A DNA stretch of 64,000 nt from Campylobacterales bacterium. GTDB taxonomy: Bacteria; Campylobacterota; Campylobacteria; Campylobacterales; Sulfurimonadaceae. The notes under the pieces are model-generated. The model was not told where the DNA came from, searched no databases, and saw nothing but the letters and a program-made list of their open reading frames with translations. The DNA is taken from positions 1 to 64,000 of the forward strand of contig JBBRBK010000002.1 of assembly GCA_038205935.1 (NCBI GenBank). The letters are read 5' to 3'. Every line of letters begins with the position of its first letter. Position 1 is the first letter of the stretch. The position numbers and the translations under genes are program-made. This document shows, piece by piece, positions 20,199 to 32,868 of the stretch.

Positions 20199-21530
20199 AT
20201 GGTAGAGAGATATTCGCGAGAAGAGATGAGTTCTAAATGGACGATGCAGGCAAAATATCAAGCATGGCTAGATGTAGAAGTAGCGGTCGTAAAGGCTTGG
20301 GCAAAACTTGGAAAGATTCCTCAAGAGGATGCAGACAAAATAGTAAAGAATGCAGGCTTTGATATAAAAAGAATAGATGAGATCGAAGCGATCACTCGCC
20401 ATGATCTCATAGCATTTACAACAAGTGTTTCTGAAACGCTTGGTGAAGAAAGCAGATGGTTTCATTATGGAATGACAAGTTCAGACACAGTTGATACTGC
20501 TGTCGCACTGCAGATGAAAGCTTCTTTAGAGCTTATCATCGAAGATGTAAAAATGCTTATGGAATCTATCAAAAAAAGAGCGATGGAACACAAGATGACT
20601 TTGATGGTCGGACGTTCACACGGTATCCACGGAGAGCCTATAACATTTGGTCTTGTGTTAGCTGTTTGGTATGACGAAATGGCACGCCATTTGGAAAACT
20701 TACAACAAACACTTGATGTTATAAGTGTCGGTCAAGTAAGTGGTGCTATGGGTAACTTCGCTCACGCTCCGTTAGAGCTTGAAGAGATTACATGTGAAGA
20801 GTTAGGATTAAAACCAGCTCCTGCATCTAACCAAGTTATACAACGTGATAGATATGCTCGTCTTGCAACTTCACTTGCATTAATGGCAAGCTCGATAGAA
20901 AAGTTTGCAGTGCAAGTTCGTCACTGGCAACGCACTGAAGTATATGAGTGTGAAGAGTATTTTGCAAAAGGGCAAAAAGGCTCATCTGCAATGCCTCATA
21001 AGCGCAATCCAATACTCACAGAAAACATAACAGGTTTGGCGCGTATGATTCGCTCTTACGCTATCCCTGCTATGGAGAACGTAGCGCTTTGGCATGAGCG
21101 CGATATCTCTCACTCCTCAACTGAGCGTTTCTGGCTTCCTGACTCATTTATAACGTCTGATTTTATGCTTCACCGTATGAATAACGTTATAGCGAACTTA
21201 ACAGTTTATCCTGAAAATATGATGAGAAATCTCAACCTTACAGGTGGACTTGTATTTTCTCAACGTGTTCTTCTTGAGCTTCCACTCAAAGGTGTCTCAC
21301 GAGAAGATGCATATAGAATCGTTCAACGCAACGCGATGAAAGTTTGGGAAGAGATTCAACAAGGCAAACCAACTACAAATGAAGCTGGAGAAAGCTTATA
21401 CTTGAACCATCTTTTAGCAGATGAGGAGTTACGTAACTCTCTAAGTGAAGAACAGATAAGAGAGTGTTTCGATTATGCTTACTATACAAAAAATGTAGAT
21501 AAAATATTCGCTAGAGTTTTCAAAGATTAA
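20199..21530 (+). CDS. purB: Adenylosuccinate lyase
   Basis: 'GRSHGIHGEP', 'GSSAMPHKRNP'. Confidence 0.97.
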   Translation: MVERYSREEMSSKWTMQAKYQAWLDVEVAVVKAWAKLGKIPQEDADKIVKNAGFDIKRIDEIEAITRHDLIAFTTSVSETLGEESRWFHYGMTSSDTVDTAVALQMKASLELIIEDVKMLMESIKKRAMEHKMTLMVGRSHGIHGEPITFGLVLAVWYDEMARHLENLQQTLDVISVGQVSGAMGNFAHAPLELEEITCEELGLKPAPASNQVIQRDRYARLATSLALMASSIEKFAVQVRHWQRTEVYECEEYFAKGQKGSSAMPHKRNPILTENITGLARMIRSYAIPAMENVALWHERDISHSSTERFWLPDSFITSDFMLHRMNNVIANLTVYPENMMRNLNLTGGLVFSQRVLLELPLKGVSREDAYRIVQRNAMKVWEEIQQGKPTTNEAGESLYLNHLLADEELRNSLSEEQIRECFDYAYYTKNVDKIFARVFKD

Positions 21531-21561
21531 TAATAAAAATTTATAAAGATTAGGATAATTA

Positions 21562-23928
21562 ATGATTACCATCATCAAGAGAAATGGTAGAACAGAACCA
21601 TTAGATATTACAAAAATTCAGAAGTATACATCTGCTGCCGTCAAAGGCTTAGAAAATGTATCTCAAAGTGAACTTGAAGTTGATGCTCAAATACAGTTTC
21701 GCGATGGTATCACTTCTGAAGAGATACAAAAAACTCTTATTAAAACAGCTGTAGATAAGATAGATATCGATGCGCCAAACTGGACTTTTGTAGCATCAAG
21801 ACTTTTCTTGTTCAATCTCTATCACCAAGTCAATGGTTTTACAGGATATGACTCACTAGCTAAATATCTGGAGCGCGGGGAACAAGAGGGACGTATTCTC
21901 AAAGGTCTTAAAGAGATGTACGATTTAGATAGACTTGAAAAACATATCGTGCCAGAACGCGATCTAGAGTTTAACTATCTTGGGGTTAAAACTCTTTATG
22001 ACAGATATCTCATTAAAGATAGAAAAAACAATCCTATCGAACTTCCTCAACATATGTTTATGGCCATCTCTATGTTCTTGGCACAAAACGAAGAAGATAG
22101 ACATGGTTGGGCTATAAAATTTTATGACATGATCTCAAAATTTGAAGTGATGCTCGCAACTCCGACGCTTTCAAATGCTCGTACAACGAGACATCAACTC
22201 AGCTCTTGCTACATCGGTTCATCTCCGGATAATATCGAAGGGATCTTTGACTCTTACAAAGAGATGGCTATGCTTTCCAAATTTGGCGGCGGTATCGGTT
22301 GGGACTGGACACAAGTTCGCTCTATGGGTTCATCTATCGATGGACATAAAAACGCAGCGGGTGGAACTGTACCATTTTTGAAAATAACAAACGATATCGC
22401 TATCGCTGTTGATCAACTTGGCACTAGAAAAGGTGCAATTGCAGTTTATCTAGAGCCTTGGCATATAGATATTCACGACTTTTTAGATCTTAAGAAAAAC
22501 TCCGGTGAAGAGCGTCGTCGTGCGCATGATCTTTTCCCTGCACTTTGGATTAATGATCTCTATATGAAGCGTGTAGAACAAGATGGTATCTGGACTCTGT
22601 TTGATCCTTATGACTGTAAAGAACTCACAAACATGTTTGGCGAAGAGTTTGAAAAGCGTTATTTAGAACTCGAACAAGATGAATCTATCGTCAAAGAAAA
22701 AGTGAAAGCAAAAGATCTTTGGAAAAAAATACTTCTGAGTTACTTTGAATCTGGCTCTCCGTTCTTATGTTTTAAAGACAATGCAAACCGTGCAAATCCT
22801 AACAGCCATTACGGAATAATCAGAAGCTCAAACCTTTGTACAGAGATATTTCAAAACACTGAACCAAACCATTACCTTATAAAAATTATGTTTGAAGATG
22901 GACAGTTTATAACATATGAAGAGGATGAGTTAGTCAAAGTGGATAGCGGCATAGAAAAACCTGCTAACAAAGTAACAGCCCTTGACTATCTTGGCGGACA
23001 AAAAATCTACATTGTTGAAAAAGAGAAAGTCAACGGGGCAACTGCTGTTTGTAACTTGGCGTCGGTCAACCTCTCTCGTATCAATACAAAAGAGGAGATA
23101 GACAGAATCGTTCCGACTGCGATCCGTGCTTTGGACAACGTCATCGATCTGAACTTTTACCCGATGGAAAAAGTAAAACGCACTAACATGAGAAGCCGTT
23201 CAATTGGACTTGGTGTTATGGGTGAAGCACAAATGTTAGCTGAACAAAAAATTGTTTGGGGAAGTCAAGAACATTTTGACAAGATAGATGAGATTATGGA
23301 GTCGGTCAGTTTTAATGCTATCTCTTCATCTTCTGATCTTGCACTTGAAAAAGGACAATATCCTGAATTTGCTGGTTCAAAATGGAGCCAAGGGATTATG
23401 CCTCATGACCATGCAAATGCAGAAGTCCTAAACCTCGTTGATCGTGGCGGACTTTTTGCACCGACGTATGAATGGGATGACCTTCGTAAAAAAGTAAAAG
23501 CACAAGGACTAAGAAACGGTTACTTGATGGCGGTTGCACCGACGAGTTCTATCTCTATTCTTACAGGTACTACTCAAGCGATTGAGCCAATATTTAAGCG
23601 TAAATGGTTTGAAGAGAATTTAAGTGGACTTATTCCTGTCGTCGCTCCTAAACTTTCACCTGAAACATGGAGCTATTATACTTCAGCGTATGAACTTGAC
23701 CAACGTGTGCTTATCAGAGCTGCTGCTATACGTCAAAAATGGATAGATCAAGGTCAAAGCTTGAATATATTTATAACGCTCGATAAAGCAAGCGCAAAGT
23801 ATCTTAACGACATCTATATGCTAGCTTGGAAACTTGGACTCAAATCTACGTACTATCTACGTTCTCAGTCACCTGAAACTGCAAGCGATGTTGAAGACCG
23901 CTCTATGGAATGTGTGGGTTGTCAATAA
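21562..23928 (+). CDS. nrdA: Ribonucleotide reductase class Ia alpha subunit
   Basis: ATP-cone N-terminus, 'SSNLCTEI', 'AVAPTSSIS', 'GLKSTYY', C-terminal CxxC. Confidence 0.97.
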   Translation: MITIIKRNGRTEPLDITKIQKYTSAAVKGLENVSQSELEVDAQIQFRDGITSEEIQKTLIKTAVDKIDIDAPNWTFVASRLFLFNLYHQVNGFTGYDSLAKYLERGEQEGRILKGLKEMYDLDRLEKHIVPERDLEFNYLGVKTLYDRYLIKDRKNNPIELPQHMFMAISMFLAQNEEDRHGWAIKFYDMISKFEVMLATPTLSNARTTRHQLSSCYIGSSPDNIEGIFDSYKEMAMLSKFGGGIGWDWTQVRSMGSSIDGHKNAAGGTVPFLKITNDIAIAVDQLGTRKGAIAVYLEPWHIDIHDFLDLKKNSGEERRRAHDLFPALWINDLYMKRVEQDGIWTLFDPYDCKELTNMFGEEFEKRYLELEQDESIVKEKVKAKDLWKKILLSYFESGSPFLCFKDNANRANPNSHYGIIRSSNLCTEIFQNTEPNHYLIKIMFEDGQFITYEEDELVKVDSGIEKPANKVTALDYLGGQKIYIVEKEKVNGATAVCNLASVNLSRINTKEEIDRIVPTAIRALDNVIDLNFYPMEKVKRTNMRSRSIGLGVMGEAQMLAEQKIVWGSQEHFDKIDEIMESVSFNAISSSSDLALEKGQYPEFAGSKWSQGIMPHDHANAEVLNLVDRGGLFAPTYEWDDLRKKVKAQGLRNGYLMAVAPTSSISILTGTTQAIEPIFKRKWFEENLSGLIPVVAPKLSPETWSYYTSAYELDQRVLIRAAAIRQKWIDQGQSLNIFITLDKASAKYLNDIYMLAWKLGLKSTYYLRSQSPETASDVEDRSMECVGCQ

Positions 23929-23929
23929 G

Positions 23930-24301
23930 ATGAAGCCCTTACATGTAAGCGGGATTAAAACATTTTTATCCCGTTTTGAAAACTTTGTAGATTCTCAAAT
24001 ACGTGAATGTAGCATAGTATCGCCAACGATTATTAAAGTGCGTTTTAGTGTTCAAGACAGTGCATTAGAGTTTAATTGGATCGATATGGTTTTGGAGCTT
24101 TCAGATGTAAGCGATGCAAAGATGCTTGAAAATTCAAAACTAAGTTATTTAGATATGAGCGCGGGATTATCTTTCATTTCGGAGAATAACAAATTTGCAC
24201 TTTGCTATGGAAGTTATAACTCTTTACAAACTGCTAAAGACTCTAGCTTTTACATTATATGTGAAAGCATCAAATATGAAGAGTTGCCATTTTCAAGCTA
24301 A
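23930..24301 (+). CDS. Hypothetical protein (123 aa)
   Basis: ATG 1 nt after the nrdA stop; start reassigned from the overlapping track ORF. Confidence 0.65.
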   Translation: MKPLHVSGIKTFLSRFENFVDSQIRECSIVSPTIIKVRFSVQDSALEFNWIDMVLELSDVSDAKMLENSKLSYLDMSAGLSFISENNKFALCYGSYNSLQTAKDSSFYIICESIKYEELPFSS

Positions 24302-24733
24302 CTCTTCAAACAGATTTCTAACACAAACATCTATCATGGCATACACTTTATCAAAACCTTCAAACCCATCGAAAAAATATGGATCAGGAACATCTTCATT
24401 ATGAAATCCAAATGATCCAAGTTTATAAAGATTTTTTGCACCTTGTCGTTTTAGATCGTTATAGTTACTTTCATCCAAAGCTATAACAACATCAAATTCT
24501 TGAAGCTCTTTTTTTGTAATTTGTGAAGCTCGTAACTTTGAGATATCAATCCCATTTTTTTGAGCGACTTTGATAGAATTTGCACACGGGGCTTCGCCAG
24601 CATGCCAGCCACCAGTTCCAGCTGATGCAACTCTTACATGTAAGAGTTGCTCTTGAACTATCTTTTTTGCAATCCCCTCAGCGATGGGTGAACGACAAAT
24701 ATTTCCAAGACAAACAAAAATAACAGAGTTCAT
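24293..24733 (-). CDS. Low-molecular-weight protein-tyrosine phosphatase
   Basis: 'FVCLGNICRSP', 'DVPDPYF'. Confidence 0.93.
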   Translation of the reverse strand: MNSVIFVCLGNICRSPIAEGIAKKIVQEQLLHVRVASAGTGGWHAGEAPCANSIKVAQKNGIDISKLRASQITKKELQEFDVVIALDESNYNDLKRQGAKNLYKLGSFGFHNEDVPDPYFFDGFEGFDKVYAMIDVCVRNLFEELA

Positions 24734-24739
24734 AACAGA

Positions 24740-25291
24740 TTATGCTTTTTTCAAAAACTCTGTTTTAAGATAAATTTTAGCACCGTTTACACGACCTTCA
24801 ATATGACCTTCAACGTCTGCAGGAATCGTAATATTTCTTACAGTCGTTCCGCGCTTTGCAGTAAAACCTGCACCTTTGACATCTAAATCTTTTAAGATAA
24901 CAACACTATCTCCGTGTTGAAGAATAACACCGTTTGCATCTTTAACAATTACATCGCTTACACTTTTTAAACCCGCTTCAGCCCAAGATTTTTCTTCATC
25001 TTCTAAATACATCATCTCTAAAAGATCTTGACGTCCAAGTTTTGTTAAAAGTCTGTAAGCCATTACTTTTACAGCTGGAACTTCACTCCACATAGAATCG
25101 TTTAAACAATTAAAATGACTTTCATTAAGCTCGTCTGATTCGATTTGTGTCTTACATGTAAGGCAAACCAAGATCGATTGTTCTGCACTTGCATCTGATG
25201 GAGAGACTTCTAAAACTGATAAATTTTCTTCACTTGAACATAATTCACATTTACTTCCACTACGACTCATCAACTCTTTTTCTACGCTCAT
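24740..25291 (-). CDS. PhnA-domain (zinc-ribbon) protein
   Basis: N-terminal CELC..CLTC; 'KDANGVILQHGDSV..KDLDVKGA...KRGT'. Confidence 0.85.
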   Translation of the reverse strand: MSVEKELMSRSGSKCELCSSEENLSVLEVSPSDASAEQSILVCLTCKTQIESDELNESHFNCLNDSMWSEVPAVKVMAYRLLTKLGRQDLLEMMYLEDEEKSWAEAGLKSVSDVIVKDANGVILQHGDSVVILKDLDVKGAGFTAKRGTTVRNITIPADVEGHIEGRVNGAKIYLKTEFLKKA

Positions 25292-25346
25292 TTAAAAATC
25301 CTTCTATTAATTTGAAATGCCATTTTACACTCATTGCAATTAAAAC

Positions 25347-25832
25347 TTAATTTTGTGTCGCCAAACGCACTCGCTGTGAATGTGTTATCGCAATTGCCAT
25401 AGCATCTGTAATATCAAGTGGCTTTATCTCTTTTTTGATATTTAAAAGATTTTTTACCATATATGCGACTTGTTCTTTCCCTGCTTTTGCTTTGCCTGTA
25501 AGTGCTCTTTTTATCTGAAGCGGCGTGTACTCGCTAAACTGCCCAAATTCTTGAAGAAGTTTTAACATCAAAGCACCGCGAAACTGCGCAAGCTTGATAA
25601 CTGTTTTTGGATTGTGCGCATAAAACATACTCTCAACTGCAACTTCATCGATCTTAAAAGTTTTAAAAAGCTGTTCTAGCGCTTCAGCCATCTGCGGGAT
25701 TTGAAACTGTAAATCTTCAGCTTTCATCTTCACAAGTCCAGCTTCGACTAAAGAGATTTTTCCCTTATCCAAAGAGATGATTGCATAACCCATATTTCTC
25801 GTTCCAGGATCTATTCCTAAAATATTTATCAT
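25347..25832 (-). CDS. ruvC: Holliday junction resolvase RuvC
   Basis: 'ILGIDPG', 'AVESMF', 'KEQV', 'DITDAMAIA'. Confidence 0.95.
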   Translation of the reverse strand: MINILGIDPGTRNMGYAIISLDKGKISLVEAGLVKMKAEDLQFQIPQMAEALEQLFKTFKIDEVAVESMFYAHNPKTVIKLAQFRGALMLKLLQEFGQFSEYTPLQIKRALTGKAKAGKEQVAYMVKNLLNIKKEIKPLDITDAMAIAITHSQRVRLATQN

Positions 25833-25933
25833 TTTTATCCAATCTTATTTTAACGATTATACATGTAAAAATTTTTAATTCTCAAAATTATGACAAAAAG
25901 CAACTTTATGAATCCATCGGAGCAAATAAACAA

Positions 25934-26431
25934 ATGAAAAAGCTTTATATTATAAGACACGCAAAATCAAGCTGGAAAGACTCAACTCTGGATGATTTTG
26001 ATAGACCGCTTAATAAAAGAGGAAAAAAAGATACACCTTTTATGGCAAATATTCTAAAACAAAAAGGTGTATTTCCAGATGTTATTATTTCAAGTCCTGC
26101 ACTAAGAGCAAAATCAACGGCCGAATTGATCGCCAAAGAGCTAAACTTTAAAAAACAGATAACATATAATCCAAAACTTTATGAAGCTAATAAAGATAAT
26201 ATATTCGATACAATCTTAACAATAGATGAGTCGTGTAATATTGTTTTTTTAATAGGACACAATCCAGGTCTCAACATGTTTGTTGAGACTCTTGTAGATT
26301 TTAAAGAGAACATTCCGACATGTGGTATCGTTGAGCTTGAAATCGATTCTGAATATTTTAAAGATATAAGCTCTAAATGTACAAAATTACTCTTTTTTGA
26401 TTTTCCTAAAAAAGAGAGAAAAACGCCATAA
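25934..26431 (+). CDS. sixA: SixA-like histidine phosphatase
   Basis: 'LYIIRHAKSSW..DFDRPLNKRG', 'SSPALRA', 'IGHNPG'; start reassigned to ATG 25934. Confidence 0.85.
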   Translation: MKKLYIIRHAKSSWKDSTLDDFDRPLNKRGKKDTPFMANILKQKGVFPDVIISSPALRAKSTAELIAKELNFKKQITYNPKLYEANKDNIFDTILTIDESCNIVFLIGHNPGLNMFVETLVDFKENIPTCGIVELEIDSEYFKDISSKCTKLLFFDFPKKERKTP

Positions 26432-26459
26432 AAAATAAAATTTATAAAAAAATGCTGTA

Positions 26460-27728
26460 ATGAAAAAAATTGATGAGATACTAGAAGAGTTAGAACTTCA
26501 GATTATGGGTGCCAATTGTAAAGTTTTTTATACTGAACTCGAAAAAAATTCTATTTTGGATTATTATAAACAAGTGTTGCACGCACTTTTTTTAGATGAA
26601 AGAGATAAAGTATTAGAAATATTTCATGAACTTTCAAATCTAAAAATATTTCAAAATATTCCCTATTCAATTTTTTTCAATGAAATTGAATTTATAAAGA
26701 ATAAAGTAGCAAACAAAATTTTACTAGAAAAAAATGCAGATAAGCTATTTGAACTTTTTGAACTTTTTAGAGAGATAGAAAATAGTATTGCTAAGGTTTT
26801 TTTAAATTCTTACACACAAGAACTCATAAATAAAAATGTTCTTAGAATACGCGCTATAGAAATATTTAAAGAAAAAAAAATCATCAAATACTATGAACAG
26901 CATCTTGACTGGCTAAATGATCTTGCTTTTTCCATACGTAACTTTGATACAAATCTTTTTCCACAAACAAATTCAAAATTATGTGAATTTGGAAAATGGC
27001 TTGATACAGACGGAAAAATGACTATCTCCAACAACAGCCAATATGCAACTCTTGCATTAGCTCATGATAAACTCCATCAGTTATCATCGAGAATCAAATC
27101 TCATATGAGCTCAAAAAATAAAATTGAATACATGCTTATTTTATCTATGCTTCAAAAATGTGAATATCTTTCTATTGATATTGGGATAGAACTTTCATTT
27201 ATAAAAAGCTCGGAGTATATGCAAAAAGCACATTATGACACGCTCACAAAACTCTTAAACAGAAACTATCTTGATGACATCTATGAAAATGAATTTAGAC
27301 TAGCAAAACTTACAGATAAAACGTTTTCTATAGCGATGTGTGATCTTGACCATTTTAAAGTAATTAATGACACTTATGGGCATGAAAGCGGCGATATAGT
27401 TTTAAAATCATTTGCATCATTTCTCAAAGCAACTTTGAGAGAAACTGACTATATTATAAGATACGGTGGAGAGGAATTTATAATTATTTTCCCCTTAACA
27501 CCAATAGAAAATGCTATAAAACTCCTAGAAAGGTTTAGAGTTAATTTAGAAAATTTTAATATTCAAATAGCAACAAAAAAAATCAATATTACGGCATCCT
27601 TTGGAATCATAGAAGTAGATCCAAGTCATGCGGATAGATATGAGTTCAATATTGAAAACAGTATACGAAAAGTTGATCAAAAACTTTACCTTGCAAAAAC
27701 GAATGGAAGAAATAGAATAGAATCTTAA
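26460..27728 (+). CDS. Diguanylate cyclase with CZB (zinc-binding) domain
   Basis: 'HLDW', 'CEFGKWL', 'HDKLH' CZB ligands; 'DLDHFKVINDTYGH', 'RYGGEEF'. Confidence 0.88.
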   Translation: MKKIDEILEELELQIMGANCKVFYTELEKNSILDYYKQVLHALFLDERDKVLEIFHELSNLKIFQNIPYSIFFNEIEFIKNKVANKILLEKNADKLFELFELFREIENSIAKVFLNSYTQELINKNVLRIRAIEIFKEKKIIKYYEQHLDWLNDLAFSIRNFDTNLFPQTNSKLCEFGKWLDTDGKMTISNNSQYATLALAHDKLHQLSSRIKSHMSSKNKIEYMLILSMLQKCEYLSIDIGIELSFIKSSEYMQKAHYDTLTKLLNRNYLDDIYENEFRLAKLTDKTFSIAMCDLDHFKVINDTYGHESGDIVLKSFASFLKATLRETDYIIRYGGEEFIIIFPLTPIENAIKLLERFRVNLENFNIQIATKKINITASFGIIEVDPSHADRYEFNIENSIRKVDQKLYLAKTNGRNRIES

Positions 27729-27737
27729 ATTCTATAT

Positions 27738-27848
27738 CTATTCACACATGTGAATATCTTTTATTCACATATATTTATACTCCTATTTAATGTACTTCTA
27801 CGGTGATTCGTGTTATTATTCACATACTTAATTCACATTTCATTCACC
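27738..27848. other. oriC1: DnaA-box cluster upstream of dnaA
   Basis: CTATTCACA 27738, TGTGAATAT 27749, TTATTCACA 27761 and 27816, TAATTCACA 27829, TCATTCACC 27840 (Campylobacterota-type boxes). Confidence 0.85.
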
Positions 27849-27859
27849 TAAGGCAATTT

Positions 27860-29176
27860 ATGAATATTGGCGAAAAAATCCTTCTCAAACTCAAAGAAGA
27901 AATCCCTGATATAGAGTATAAACGCTATATCAAACAACTCACATTCGATGAAAAAAACTCAAGTAGTGATCAAGCTATCTATTATGCACCAAATACTCTC
28001 ATAGCAAATTACATTAAAACGAAGTTTTCTGAAAAAATATCGCATCTTTTTGAAGTTTATAGTTCAAATAAAGTTAATGTCTTAATAACTCTGCCATCAA
28101 AACTAGAATCTCAGACAAAAGAAGTAAGAAATGTCATAGATAAAGAAAAGATAAAACACTCTATGCTTAACCCTTCTCATACTTTTGACAACTTTGTCGT
28201 CGGCGGCTCGAACCAGTTTGCATATGCAGCGGCAAAAAGTGTTAGTGAAAAACCCGGAGGTATTTATAATCCTCTTTTTATCTACGGTGGTGTCGGAATT
28301 GGAAAAACACACCTTATGCAGGCTATTGGGAATGTTCTTCAAAATCAGGGTAAAAATGTTATCTACACCTCAGTTGAACAGTTTTTAAATGATTTCCTTC
28401 GCCATCTTAGAAATGGCAATATGGACAGATTTAAAGATAAATATAGAAAGTGTGATGTTTTACTCATTGATGATATTCAGTTTTTAAGTGGAAAAGATTC
28501 TGTTCAAGAGGAATTTTTTCACACTTTTGAAGCGCTTAAAAATGAGAAAAAGCAGATTATCATCACATCTGATAAACATCCAAAACAAATAGGCGGCCTT
28601 GAAGCAAGACTCAAAAGCCGCTTTGAATGGGGACTCATAGCTGACATTCAGCCTCCAGAACTTGAAACAAAAATCAATATCATTAAAAAGAAATGTGAGA
28701 TCAACCGTATCAAACTCAGTAGTGATGTAATTAATTACATTGCGACTATCATCGAAAATAATGCACGTGAGATAGAGGGAATTCTTTCAAAACTCCATGC
28801 ATATGCAAAACTGATGAATATTGATATCAATATTGAATTTGCAAAAAATGTTTTAAAAGAGCAGCAAAGAGAAAATCGTGCAAACATCACCATCGACCTT
28901 ATTATGGATGTTGTTGCAAAAGAGCTCAACGTAAAACCAAGTGAGGTAAAATCAAAAAGCAGATCAAAAAATATTGTTTATGCAAGACGAATCGCCATCT
29001 ATTTATGTCGTGATCTTACAACAAACTCTATGCCTCAGCTTGCCCAATATTTTGGTATGAAAGACCATACTGCAATCTCTCATACAATGAAAAAGATTAA
29101 TGAACTTATAAAAAATGATGAAGATTTTAAAACAAAAATAGAAGAATTAAACAATAAAATAAAAACTGCTTCATAG
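27860..29176 (+). CDS. dnaA: Chromosomal replication initiator DnaA
   Basis: 'YNPLFIYGGVGIGKTHL', 'LLIDDIQF', 'KDHTAISH'; start reassigned to ATG 27860 because the upstream GTG extension runs through DnaA boxes. Confidence 0.98.
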   Translation: MNIGEKILLKLKEEIPDIEYKRYIKQLTFDEKNSSSDQAIYYAPNTLIANYIKTKFSEKISHLFEVYSSNKVNVLITLPSKLESQTKEVRNVIDKEKIKHSMLNPSHTFDNFVVGGSNQFAYAAAKSVSEKPGGIYNPLFIYGGVGIGKTHLMQAIGNVLQNQGKNVIYTSVEQFLNDFLRHLRNGNMDRFKDKYRKCDVLLIDDIQFLSGKDSVQEEFFHTFEALKNEKKQIIITSDKHPKQIGGLEARLKSRFEWGLIADIQPPELETKINIIKKKCEINRIKLSSDVINYIATIIENNAREIEGILSKLHAYAKLMNIDINIEFAKNVLKEQQRENRANITIDLIMDVVAKELNVKPSEVKSKSRSKNIVYARRIAIYLCRDLTTNSMPQLAQYFGMKDHTAISHTMKKINELIKNDEDFKTKIEELNNKIKTAS

Positions 29177-29236
29177 ATAAAATAAAATTTATTTGTAAGG
29201 TACTTAAAAAAAGATATAATTTGAGAAGTGAAAAGA

Positions 29237-29352
29237 TGTGAAAGATGCTGATATGTGTATTCACATAAGTATGTTCGAGTGTAGCGGGTAAATAGTGATT
29301 TTTTCACATACTCACAACCCCCTACTACTACGTACTAATAATTTAAAAAATA
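29237..29352. other. oriC2: DnaA boxes, C-rich spacer, DnaA-trios and AT-rich unwinding element
   Basis: GTATTCACA 29257, TTTTTCACA 29300, ATACTCACA 29308, CCCCC 29318-22, CTACTACTACGTACTAATAAT 29322-42, then an AT run. This is the basal unwinding layout known from H. pylori and B. subtilis. Confidence 0.88.
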
Positions 29353-29365
29353 AATAGGGAAAATC

Positions 29366-30433
29366 ATGAAAATTACAATAACAAAATCTATTCTTGAAAA
29401 CATACTTCTTTCTTCTCAACCTTTTTTAGAAAAAAAAGATACTTCACAAATTACATCCCATGTATATATAAAAGTAGAAAACTCTGTATTAACTCTCAAA
29501 GCTACCGATTATGAAATAGGTTTACAAGTAAAAATAGATCAAATTCATGCCTCAGAAGATGGAGAAGTTACTGCTAATGGTAAAAAATTATTAGACATTA
29601 TCAGAATATTAAAAGACAAAGAAGTTACTTTAGAAACAAAAAATGATATTTTACATATCACTCAAGCAAATTCTAAATTTAAACTTCCAACATTTTTATC
29701 AAATGAATTTCCTGCATTTCCAAGTTATGAAGGAAAACCAAGCATATCTATAGAATCTCATACTTTAGTTGAATCATTAAAAAAAATAACACCTGCAATT
29801 GATTCAAATAATCCTAAATTTGAACTAAACGGTGCACTTTTAGATATCAAAAATGACAGCATATCTTTTGTCTCAACAGATACAAGACGTTTAGCTTTAG
29901 TAAGTATAGAAAATTCTACAGAAAATGAACTCTCTCTTATCATTCCAAAAAAAGCAATTATTGAAATCCAAAAACTCTTTTTTGATAATATAGAAATCTA
30001 TTATGACAATACTTATCTCATAGTCCACTCCAACCAATATACATTTTTTACAAAACTCATTAATGGAAAATTTCCAGATTATTCAAGAATTATTCCAAAA
30101 GAGATCACAAAAACAATAGTTCTACCAAAATCAAATATTATTGATTCAATAAAACAAATCACTACTATCTCAAATGATATGAAAATCACTCTTTTTAAAG
30201 ACACTATTATTTTCGAGAGTTTAAGTAATGACAACATTGAAGCAAAAACAGAAATTACACATGAAACTGGCTTTGATGAACCATTTGTGCTTGCAGTAAA
30301 CAGCAGATATATTTTAGATTTTCTTGCTCAAATAGATTCTCAAGAATTTACAATAGGCCTCAATAGTTCAAATCTCCCATTTGTTTTAACAGATAATAAT
30401 TTTAAAACAATCGTAATGCCTATCGTAATATAA
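29366..30433 (+). CDS. dnaN: DNA polymerase III beta clamp
   Basis: 'ATDYEIG', 'STDTRRL', 'INGKFPDY', 'IVMPI'. Confidence 0.97.
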   Translation: MKITITKSILENILLSSQPFLEKKDTSQITSHVYIKVENSVLTLKATDYEIGLQVKIDQIHASEDGEVTANGKKLLDIIRILKDKEVTLETKNDILHITQANSKFKLPTFLSNEFPAFPSYEGKPSISIESHTLVESLKKITPAIDSNNPKFELNGALLDIKNDSISFVSTDTRRLALVSIENSTENELSLIIPKKAIIEIQKLFFDNIEIYYDNTYLIVHSNQYTFFTKLINGKFPDYSRIIPKEITKTIVLPKSNIIDSIKQITTISNDMKITLFKDTIIFESLSNDNIEAKTEITHETGFDEPFVLAVNSRYILDFLAQIDSQEFTIGLNSSNLPFVLTDNNFKTIVMPIVI

Positions 30434-30445
30434 TTTTTTTTTACA

Positions 30446-30476
30446 AAAAGAGTCTATAAAAGGACTCTTTTCTTTC
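30446..30476 (+). terminator. Intrinsic terminator after dnaN
   Basis: AAAAGAGTC...GACTCTTTT followed by T-rich sequence. Confidence 0.65.
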
Positions 30477-30518
30477 AAGTTGACATAAAAAATCTTCCTC
30501 TCAACAATTTTTAGCTAA

Positions 30519-32864
<2,346 letters not shown>

Positions 32865-32868
32865 AAAT

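Noticed and set aside
22855..23040. About 60-aa insertion in NrdA after the catalytic NLCTE motif, as a possible intein
   Set aside because: No intein terminal residues or endonuclease motifs; similar inserts are, to my recollection, normal in Campylobacterota NrdA.
26872..26880. A9 homopolymer in the CZB-DGC gene as a phase-variation tract
   Set aside because: A-runs are common at this AT content, the ORF is intact, and phase-variable tracts in this phylum are mostly poly-G/C.
27803..27859. N-terminal extension of DnaA from GTG 27803
   Set aside because: The sequence is a run of DnaA boxes; ATG 27860 has an AAGG RBS and gives a typical N-terminus.
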